Below are positions 16,298 to 23,789 of a DNA stretch of 36,703 bases, piece by piece. The notes under the pieces are model-generated. The model was not told where the DNA came from. It was given only the letters and a program-made list of their open reading frames with translations, and did no database searches. This stretch comes from Campylobacteraceae bacterium. GTDB lineage: Bacteria > Campylobacterota > Campylobacteria > Campylobacterales > JALSKU01. Position numbers and translations under genes: made by a program. How positions within the stretch are numbered: position 1 is the stretch's first letter; every line of letters begins with the position of its first letter. Location of the stretch: contig WFMT01000186.1 of the NCBI GenBank assembly GCA_015488975.1, forward strand, positions 1 to 36,703. The letters run 5' to 3'.

Positions 16298-17506
16298 TTA
16301 TTTATCATCAATATGTGCATATAAACTAAGCAACAATAAATCAATATCATTTTTATAAATATATTTTTCAATCTTTGTGCTTCTTAATGAATTTTGCATA
16401 GTATCCACATCATATACAGTTTTTTCACCTGCTTTATATAAATCTTTTGTGCTACTAAGCAACGAAGCATAAAGGCGTTCTTGTTTCTTTGCCAATGCTA
16501 TCTTTTTATAATATATTTTAATTTTTTCAACTATTGATTTGTATAACTCTTTTTCTTGATGTTTTTTGTCAATCATTTCAAGTTTTGATTTTAAGTATTT
16601 CAACTTTTGTAATTGTATATTTTTACCTCTGTTTATATCAAATAAAGGCATAGATATATTTACACCATATTGTTTGTAACTATCACGAACAGTTCCTATG
16701 TAGCTAATTCTACTGCTATTGTAGTTAGCAAAAAGCGAAACAGTTGGTAAATACTTTGATATAGTCATTTTTTTAAGATAATTTGTCTGTTTTATATTGG
16801 CCATTGAGTCTTTAAGAACTAAGTTGGATTTCAAAAATTTAGATAAATTTATCAGTTTTAAATGTGGCAGCTTTATAGTTTTATAATTAAGTGAGCTTAT
16901 CACTTTAAATTGTTTTTCCAAATCAACCTTAGAAGATTGCATATTTAAAAGCCCTATATCAAGGGAATTTTTATTGAGTATTGCATTATCTAAAAAACTG
17001 CTGTCGATTAAACCTTTGAGGTATTGTTCTTTTTTTACAGTTATATTTATCGCTGCATTCTTAATCAATAATTTTTGTTTTTCTATACTTAAATCAAGGT
17101 TTTTTAAATTCAAAAGTATTGTATAAGCATTGGTTAAAAGTGATTTTTCACTTAAAGAAGTTGCAAATTTAAGAAATTCTCTATTCGCATTTGCATACTT
17201 TATAGCATAATATATCCCTCCGCTTCTAAAAATAGGTTGATTTAAAGATATAGAAAGATTATCAATAGTTTGACTTGGTGAAGTTTGTGTACTAATAGTA
17301 TGAGAGTAAGATCCAGTTATTGGATTAATCCAGTCAAATTTTAAAATATCACTATTTTTTTTATTTTGCTTTTTTTCGTTTTCTATAATACCTCTTTTTG
17401 TTTTTGACAATATATCATACTGAGCTGCATTCAAAAAAACAGCACTAACAGCAATACTAAGAAATATTTTTAAAAGCATTTTCAAGTCTTTCAAATCCCA
17501 AATCAA
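16298..17506 (-). CDS. TolC-family outer membrane efflux protein. The true start is probably the internal Met at 17479, which gives the signal peptide MLLKIFLSIAVSAVFLNA.
   Basis: 402 aa. Signal peptide and two repeated coiled/helical halves typical of OEP family proteins. Overlaps the argD 3' end. Confidence 0.65.
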   Translation of the reverse strand: MIWDLKDLKMLLKIFLSIAVSAVFLNAAQYDILSKTKRGIIENEKKQNKKNSDILKFDWINPITGSYSHTISTQTSPSQTIDNLSISLNQPIFRSGGIYYAIKYANANREFLKFATSLSEKSLLTNAYTILLNLKNLDLSIEKQKLLIKNAAINITVKKEQYLKGLIDSSFLDNAILNKNSLDIGLLNMQSSKVDLEKQFKVISSLNYKTIKLPHLKLINLSKFLKSNLVLKDSMANIKQTNYLKKMTISKYLPTVSLFANYNSSRISYIGTVRDSYKQYGVNISMPLFDINRGKNIQLQKLKYLKSKLEMIDKKHQEKELYKSIVEKIKIYYKKIALAKKQERLYASLLSSTKDLYKAGEKTVYDVDTMQNSLRSTKIEKYIYKNDIDLLLLSLYAHIDDK

Positions 17507-18638
17507 TCTCTTCTTGACTTATAGTAAGAGGCGGTAAAAATCTTAAAGTATTTCGTCCAGCTTTTAAAAGTAAAACTCCTTCTTGAAAGCTTTCATTGAT
17601 TATTTTTGTCAAATTATCACTACTGTTTATCCTAAGTCCTCTCATAAGTCCAAGCCCAACAACTTTATTTATAAATTCTTTATGATTTTTTGCAAATTTA
17701 TTTAATTTATCACTAAAATAAAGCATTCTCTCATCAAGTTTACCACTTGTTTTATCGTTTTCCAAAATTTTTAAAACCGCATTTGCTGCAGCACTTGAAA
17801 GGTAATTGCCGCCAAATGTGCTTCCATGGTCTCCTGGAGAAAAAATATCTTTTAGATTAGTCATAACAGCTCCAATAGGAACTCCGCCTGCTAACCCTTT
17901 TGCAACAGTTATAATATCAGGCTCTATCTCATATAAATTTGAAGCAAAAAATTCACCGGTTCTATAAATACCTGTTTGAACTTCATCAACTATAAGCAAA
18001 ATATCTTTTTCTTTCAAACGCTTAGCTAAATGCTGTATTTTTTCTTTATCTTGCGGTTCAACTCCTCCCTCGCCTTGAACAAGCTCCAGCATAACAGCTA
18101 CACATTTATCGTCACAAAGCCCAAGCACTTCATCCATATCCTTTGCATATACAAAGCCATCTGGAAATGGACCGAAGAAGTTATGCATTTTTTCTTGTCC
18201 GGTTGCCTTTAATGCAGTTATGGTTCTTCCGTGAAAAGAATTTTCTAAAGTAATGATTTTGTATCTTTTAGGCTCACCCTCAACTTCTCCATATTTTCTT
18301 GCTATTTTTATAGCCCCTTCATTAGCCTCAGCTCCACTGTTTGCAAAAAAAACTCTCATATCAAACCCGCAAAGTTCAACCATTTTTTTAGCAAGTTCAG
18401 CCTGTGGCTCTATCAAAAACAGATTTGAAACATGTATAATATTTTTAGCTTGTGTACATATCGCATTTGAGAGAATATCATTGCTATGTCCGATACTCAC
18501 TACACCAATACCACTTGTAAAGTCTATATAATCTTTATTGTTTTCATCATATAAAGTTGCATTTTTCCCATGTTTAAAATTGACATAATTTCTTCCGTAA
18601 GTATGCAAGACATACTCTTTATCCATTTGTTCCAACAT
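17457..18638 (-). CDS. argD: Acetylornithine aminotransferase (class III PLP aminotransferase).
   Basis: 393 aa. Motifs SGIGVVSIGHSN, NSGAEANEGAIKIAR, DEVQTGIYRTGEFFA, and VAKGLAGGVPIGA (PLP Lys). Confidence 0.8.
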   Translation of the reverse strand: MLEQMDKEYVLHTYGRNYVNFKHGKNATLYDENNKDYIDFTSGIGVVSIGHSNDILSNAICTQAKNIIHVSNLFLIEPQAELAKKMVELCGFDMRVFFANSGAEANEGAIKIARKYGEVEGEPKRYKIITLENSFHGRTITALKATGQEKMHNFFGPFPDGFVYAKDMDEVLGLCDDKCVAVMLELVQGEGGVEPQDKEKIQHLAKRLKEKDILLIVDEVQTGIYRTGEFFASNLYEIEPDIITVAKGLAGGVPIGAVMTNLKDIFSPGDHGSTFGGNYLSSAAANAVLKILENDKTSGKLDERMLYFSDKLNKFAKNHKEFINKVVGLGLMRGLRINSSDNLTKIINESFQEGVLLLKAGRNTLRFLPPLTISQEEIDLGFERLENAFKNIS

Positions 18639-18646
18639 TATATCTC

Positions 18647-19285
18647 CTATAAGTTTTCATTATCCTCAGTACCAAATATCCTATCTCCGGCATCACCAAG
18701 ACCTGGCACTATATAGCCTTTATCGTTCAATCTATCATCAAGTGCGGCTGCATATATCTCAATATAGGGATATTTATTATTTATAGCTTTTATACCCTCT
18801 GGTGCTGCGACTAAACATATAAAAGTTATATCTTTAACACCTTTTTCTACCAAAAAGTCTATGGCATTAAGTGCTGAACCACCAGTAGCAAGCATCGGGT
18901 CAATCAATAAAACTTTATTTTTAAGTGCCTGCATTGGAATTTTATCATAATAACTCCTTGGCTGTAAAGTTACCTCATCTCTATCCATCCCTAAAAATCC
19001 CACTTTAGAGTTTGGCATAAGTTTCATAAATGGATCAAGAAGCCCAAGCCCGGCTCTTAAAATAGTTACCAATATAGGATGATTTTCCAATTTTTTGGCT
19101 TTTGTTGCAGCTACTGGAGTTTTTACAACCGTCTCCTCAAGATTTAAGTTCCTTGTTACCTCATATACCATCAAAAAGCCTATCTCATCCAGTAGCATTT
19201 TGAACTCAGGCATCCTTCTTTTTTCATCTCTTAATAGTGCCATTTTATGATCTATTAACGGGTGATTTAAAATATGTGCATTCAT
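18647..19285 (-). CDS. upp: Uracil phosphoribosyltransferase.
   Basis: 212 aa. Motifs LRAGLGLL, the PRPP loop LLIDPMLATGGSA, and the C-terminal YIVPGLGDAGDRIFGT. Confidence 0.9.
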   Translation of the reverse strand: MNAHILNHPLIDHKMALLRDEKRRMPEFKMLLDEIGFLMVYEVTRNLNLEETVVKTPVAATKAKKLENHPILVTILRAGLGLLDPFMKLMPNSKVGFLGMDRDEVTLQPRSYYDKIPMQALKNKVLLIDPMLATGGSALNAIDFLVEKGVKDITFICLVAAPEGIKAINNKYPYIEIYAAALDDRLNDKGYIVPGLGDAGDRIFGTEDNENL

Positions 19286-19404
19286 TTTTACAACTCCAAA
19301 TTATAATAGCATCATTATCTCTAAAAATCGTTTACATATTGATAAAAATATAATATTCATTATTGTATAATCTTAAAATTTAAAATTATTTTGAGGAGAT
19401 CTCT

Positions 19405-20685
19405 TTGAAGCCAACTGACTATCATTTTAAACTAAAGGATTGGGTTGTAGGTTTGCAATTTTTATTTGTTGCGTTTGGGGCATTGGTTTTAGTTCCTATT
19501 CTTACAGGATTAAACAGTAATGTCGCTCTTTTTACAGCAGGGCTTGGAACTTTGATATTTCAAATCATAAACAGAAAAAATGTTCCACCAATATTTTTAG
19601 CCTCTTCTTTTGCTTTTATAGCACCTATAATATATGGTGTTCAAAAGTGGGGAGTAGCTGGAACTCTAAGTGGATTGGCTGCTGCTGGAATTGTTTATGT
19701 TGTTCTTAGTATTCTTATTAGAATAAAAGGAAGTGCTTTTATACACAAACTTTTGCCTCCTATTGTAGTAGGACCTGTTATCATGACCATCGGTCTTATC
19801 TTAGCTCCTGTGGCTGTTCACATGGCAACCGGACACACAGGAGATGGAAAAATACAGCTTGTTCCTTTTAATACAGCTATTATTATATCCATGATTTCAC
19901 TTATAGCTACAATATTAGCAACTTTGCTTGGAAAAGGCATGATAAGACTTTTACCAATACTAATAGGTGTTGTAGTAGGGTATACGACATCTTTATTCTT
20001 TGGAATTATTGATTTTCATACACTCTCAAAAGCTCCTCTTTTTGCAGTCCCTGATTTTGTATTTCCAAAATTAAACTGGGAAGCTATCATATATATCTTA
20101 CCTATTGCCATAGCCCCTGCGGTTGAGCATGTAGGCGATATACTAGCAATTTCTCATGTTGCAAAAGAGGATTATCTAAAAAATCCGGGATTACAAAATA
20201 CACTTTTAGGTGATGGTTTAGCCACAAGCGCGGCTGCCTTTTTGGGAGGTCCTCCAAATACAACTTACTCGGAAGTAACAGGCGCTGTAACTATAACTAA
20301 GTCTTACAATCCCGCTATTATGACTTGGGCAGCTATATTTGCTATAGTTTTAGCATTTTTTGGAAAATTGGGTGGGTTTTTACAAACCATTCCTGTTCCT
20401 GTAATGGGTGGAATATTATTACTTCTTTTTGGTATCATAGCTTCAGTTGGAATGGCAACTTTGGCAAACTCAAAAACCGATCTCTCCTGTCCTAGAAATA
20501 TGATAATACTTTCAATTATACTTGTTTTTGCTATAGGAGGGATGAGCTTTAACTTTGGTGGTGTTGGATTTAGCGGTATAGGACTTGGTGCGATAGTAGG
20601 AATCATACTAAACCTCATCCTGCCTCAACCTAGACTTGATGATACTGAAAATGACACTATCAGTGGTGAATTATTAGATATTTGA
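19405..20685 (+). CDS. uraA: Uracil/xanthine permease (NCS2 family).
   Basis: 426 aa with about 12 TM helices. TTG start 6 nt after GAGGAG. NCS2-like blocks (GGPPNTTYSEVTGAVTITK). Divergent from upp. Confidence 0.75.
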   Translation: MKPTDYHFKLKDWVVGLQFLFVAFGALVLVPILTGLNSNVALFTAGLGTLIFQIINRKNVPPIFLASSFAFIAPIIYGVQKWGVAGTLSGLAAAGIVYVVLSILIRIKGSAFIHKLLPPIVVGPVIMTIGLILAPVAVHMATGHTGDGKIQLVPFNTAIIISMISLIATILATLLGKGMIRLLPILIGVVVGYTTSLFFGIIDFHTLSKAPLFAVPDFVFPKLNWEAIIYILPIAIAPAVEHVGDILAISHVAKEDYLKNPGLQNTLLGDGLATSAAAFLGGPPNTTYSEVTGAVTITKSYNPAIMTWAAIFAIVLAFFGKLGGFLQTIPVPVMGGILLLLFGIIASVGMATLANSKTDLSCPRNMIILSIILVFAIGGMSFNFGGVGFSGIGLGAIVGIILNLILPQPRLDDTENDTISGELLDI

Positions 20686-20721
20686 CATGGCGGATTCCTC
20701 CTCCATGCCTTTATAAAAAAT

Positions 20722-21627
20722 ATGGCTAATATACTTATAATATTTATCTCTTTTACCCTTGGATTTACTTTAAAATTTGTAAAGTTTGGACAGTTTAATT
20801 TTGCAAAAACTTTAAATATTCTTATAATTTATATCTCTTTGCCATCACTAATATTACTTAAGATACCACATCTGCATATATCAAACGATACTTTAGCGCC
20901 TATTGTTTTGCCATGGATCATAACATTTATCACATCCATTGCTATCATATTTATCGCTAAAAAATATAATTTAAAAAAAGAAGAAACAGGAAGTTTGCTT
21001 TTAGTTGGCATACTTGGCAATACTTCCTTTTTAGGAGTACCATTTATCCAACTTTTTTTTGGAGAAAGATATGTTTCGTATGCACTTATTTATGATCAGT
21101 TGGGCTCTTTTTTAATACTTTCTACCTACGGTTCTATTGTTGTTGCTTTATATTCGCAAAACAGTATATTTAATTTCAAAGAAATCATCAAAAAAATTAT
21201 ATTATTTCCTCCGTTTTTATCTTTACTCATAGCATTTATTATAAAAGGTATCGAGTACAATAGTATAATCATCTTTTTACTTCAAAACTTAAGTAAAACT
21301 CTTGTTCCTTTTGCACTACTTTCAGTAGGATTTCAACTCCATCTAAAAGTTCCAAAAGATGAAAGAAAACCACTTTTTATAGCTATTCTTATGAAAACAG
21401 TATTTGCTCCGTTAATTGCACTGATAATTTGTTTGATTTTTACAGATATGAATAATATAGTAAAAGTCAGTATTTTAGAAGCCGGGATGGGACCTATGAT
21501 AACTGCTGGCATCATGGCAAACATAGCAAATCTTTCTCCAAGACTAACAAATGCCATAGTAGGTTATGGTATTCTTTTTTCTTTTATAACACTACCTGTT
21601 TTTTATCTTTTGATTTCAAATTTGTAA
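20722..21627 (+). CDS. AEC (auxin efflux carrier) family transporter.
   Basis: 301-aa polytopic membrane protein. Two-halves architecture with blocks such as LGNTSFLGVPF and EAGMGPMITAG, typical of the AEC/membrane transport family. Confidence 0.6.
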   Translation: MANILIIFISFTLGFTLKFVKFGQFNFAKTLNILIIYISLPSLILLKIPHLHISNDTLAPIVLPWIITFITSIAIIFIAKKYNLKKEETGSLLLVGILGNTSFLGVPFIQLFFGERYVSYALIYDQLGSFLILSTYGSIVVALYSQNSIFNFKEIIKKIILFPPFLSLLIAFIIKGIEYNSIIIFLLQNLSKTLVPFALLSVGFQLHLKVPKDERKPLFIAILMKTVFAPLIALIICLIFTDMNNIVKVSILEAGMGPMITAGIMANIANLSPRLTNAIVGYGILFSFITLPVFYLLISNL

Positions 21628-21657
21628 TAGATAATGGTACTTTTAGTCAATATCTAC

Positions 21658-22389
21658 TCAAAGAAGATCGTAACTCATTTTAATTGCTAAAATATACAAT
21701 ATAAAAGCAACAAGTTTTCTAATGTGGTCTGATGATAATTTAAAATACATCATAGAATTTCCGATTATGCCTCCTATCACAGCACCTAAAGATACTGCTG
21801 CTATCAAAAGCCAATCGATATGCACAAAAGTCATATAACTTATAAACGATACAGTTGCAGAGAGTGGTATGGCAAAACTAGCTGTCACTGCCGCTTTTTT
21901 TGCATCAACACCTAAAAGAATCAGCACAGGAAGCAAAATATTGCCACCACCTAATCCTAACATACCTGCCATAAAGCCTACACCAACTCCTATAAGTGCA
22001 AAAATCCATACTTTTTCTATATTGACATTCAACTCTTTTTTTGCAAACATCATCATCGAACCACTGAAGATTAAAAATATGATAAAAATGCCTTTGACAA
22101 CATTGATATCAAGATAACGCGAAAACTGTGCACCAAGAGGTGAGAAAAGAAGCATTCCAAATGCTATGGGGAGAGAAAATCTGATATCTATAATTTTGTG
22201 TTTTAAATTTAAAGCCGTAGAAGTCGTTGAGGTACATAATCCGGCAAACAATCCAGATGCTTTGGCTAGATTGAAACCAACGCCAAGCATCCCGAGTGAT
22301 GGGATAATTGCTGCTGCTGCTCCAGTGCCAGCCATCGACAGCAGTGAAGAAAAAAACAGTGCTACTCCAAAGTATTCTAAATATTCCAT
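21658..22389 (-). CDS. TauE/SafE (TSUP, DUF81) family anion/sulfite exporter.
   Basis: 243 aa with 7-8 TM helices. Internally repeated GxGGG-type motifs (GMLGLGGGNILLPVLILLG). Confidence 0.65.
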   Translation of the reverse strand: MEYLEYFGVALFFSSLLSMAGTGAAAAIIPSLGMLGVGFNLAKASGLFAGLCTSTTSTALNLKHKIIDIRFSLPIAFGMLLFSPLGAQFSRYLDINVVKGIFIIFLIFSGSMMMFAKKELNVNIEKVWIFALIGVGVGFMAGMLGLGGGNILLPVLILLGVDAKKAAVTASFAIPLSATVSFISYMTFVHIDWLLIAAVSLGAVIGGIIGNSMMYFKLSSDHIRKLVAFILYILAIKMSYDLL

Positions 22390-22409
22390 TTGGCATTATA
22401 TCTTATTTT

Positions 22410-22532
22410 AACTGACTTTTACGCACCATAATGAGCAAAGCTCGTTATAGTGGCAGGAACTCAAGGTCCCTACAACCCTTTGAAGCTTACGAAAAGTAAG
22501 ACTTTTCAAGAAAAAATTGTGTAAGGTCAGTT
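22410..22532. repeat. Structured ~120-nt repeat family B, copy 1 (MITE-like or small structured RNA).
   Basis: About 80% identical to 27857-27975. Termini AACTGACTTTTACGCAC ... GTGTAAGGTCAGTT are inverted repeats. Internal hairpins at 22428-22448, about 22453-22473 (imperfect) and about 22491-22508. Confidence 0.75.
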
Positions 22533-22582
22533 ATTTTAACTTCTATGTATTGATTAAATAGCAGGATAATTTAAGTTTCACT

Positions 22583-22927
22583 TCAGTGTTTGCCTAATTC
22601 TCCATTCTCCTTGACATATTCCTCTCCCCATTCATACATATTCATTAATACAGGTTTTAGTTTTTGTCCTATTGGCGTCAAAGAATAAACAACTTTAGGG
22701 GGTACTTGAGCAAAAACTTCTCTATGAATTATATTTTTTTCTTCTAATTCTTTTAGTTTGACAGTAAGTGTTTTTTGACTTATTTCACTAATATCATTAC
22801 TTAATTCTTTAAATCTTTTTTTACTTTTTAAAAGATACCAAATAACAGACAATTTCCATCTGTCATTAAAAATATCAAGTGTTATAGATACGGGGCAAGA
22901 GTACTCTTTCTTATTTATAAAATACAT
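22583..22927 (-). CDS. HxlR-family winged-helix transcriptional regulator.
   Basis: 114 aa. Signature CPVSITLDIFNDRWKLSVIWYLL...RFKEL......ISQKTLTVKLKELEEKNIIHR. Divergent from a nitroreductase gene, which is a common pairing. Confidence 0.85.
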   Translation of the reverse strand: MYFINKKEYSCPVSITLDIFNDRWKLSVIWYLLKSKKRFKELSNDISEISQKTLTVKLKELEEKNIIHREVFAQVPPKVVYSLTPIGQKLKPVLMNMYEWGEEYVKENGELGKH

Positions 22928-22937
22928 ATTAATCCTT

Positions 22938-22982
22938 GTAAGTAATATTATAACATATTAAACTTTATTTTGTATTACTTAC
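22938..22982. promoter_or_regulatory. Perfect 10-bp inverted repeat in the HxlR/nitroreductase divergent intergenic region (candidate operator).
   Basis: GTAAGTAATA (22938-22947) and TATTACTTAC (22973-22982). A related TGTAAGGGTTATTA follows at about 22992. Confidence 0.35.
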
Positions 22983-23056
22983 CTAAAATACTGTAAGGGT
23001 TATTAAAGTTTATTACAGTTATAATTTTTAAATCAATTTAAATAAAAGGGATAAGA

Positions 23057-23686
23057 ATGCAAAACAAATTTATGGATGCAATGGATTTTAGACATGCTTG
23101 CAAAGTTTTTGATGAGACTAAAAAAATATCTGATGAGGATATGCACTACATACTTGAAATTGGGAGAAAATCTCCATCATCATTTGGTATGGAAGCTTGG
23201 AAATTTTTAGTTATTACAAATGATGAATTAAAAGCAGAACTTAGACCGGCATGTTGGGATCAAGTACAAATTACTTCTTGTTCACACCTTGTAATTGTTT
23301 TAGCTGGGATTGAAAGTGTTAAAATAGAATCAGGCGAAGTTGAGAAAAGATTTAAAAGACGAGATATGCCAAAAAAATCACTTCAGATATATATGCAGCG
23401 ATATGCCAGCCATTTGAAAAAAACATTAAGTAGTGATGAAAATATATATTGTTGGACTGCAAGACAAGCATACATAGCAGCAGCAAATATGATGAGTGGT
23501 GCTGCTTTTATAGGGATAGATTCTTGCCCTATAGAAGGATTTGAAAAAGAAAAAGTTGAGGAAATTTTAAAGCTTGATACAAAAAAATTCCAAGTTGCAA
23601 TGGTACTTCCTTTTGGATACAGACTAAATCCTCAGCCAAAAAAATTAAGACTTCCTTTTGATAAAGTGGTTGAATTTATAAAATAA
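23057..23686 (+). CDS. NAD(P)H-dependent FMN nitroreductase family protein.
   Basis: 209 aa. N-terminal FRHACKVFDE..ISDED...ILEIGRKSPSSFGMEAWKFLVI, which is typical of the NfsB/RdxA-like nitroreductase fold. Confidence 0.8.
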   Translation: MQNKFMDAMDFRHACKVFDETKKISDEDMHYILEIGRKSPSSFGMEAWKFLVITNDELKAELRPACWDQVQITSCSHLVIVLAGIESVKIESGEVEKRFKRRDMPKKSLQIYMQRYASHLKKTLSSDENIYCWTARQAYIAAANMMSGAAFIGIDSCPIEGFEKEKVEEILKLDTKKFQVAMVLPFGYRLNPQPKKLRLPFDKVVEFIK

Positions 23687-23731
23687 TTGTATTGAATTGG
23701 TGTAAATTAACGGCTTTAAAACTTAATAACC

Positions 23732-23769
23732 GACTTTGCTTGTTATATTAGTACATAACAAGTAAAGTC
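23732..23769. terminator. 15-bp stem-loop between convergent genes (probable bidirectional terminator).
   Basis: GACTTTGCTTGTTAT (23732-23746), loop ATTAGTAC, then ATAACAAGTAAAGTC (23755-23769), with one G.U position. T/A-rich flanks. Lies between the nitroreductase stop and the dehydrogenase stop. Confidence 0.45.
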
Positions 23770-23789
23770 TATTTATAAATTTACAATAT

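Noticed and set aside
22431-22499. Small ORF inside repeat B copy 1 (MSKARYSGRNSRSLQPFEAYEK).
   Set aside because: The corresponding frame in copy 2 stops after 10 codons (MRKVFYNCRD) because of indels. Similarity between the copies is at nucleotide and structure level, not in a reading frame.
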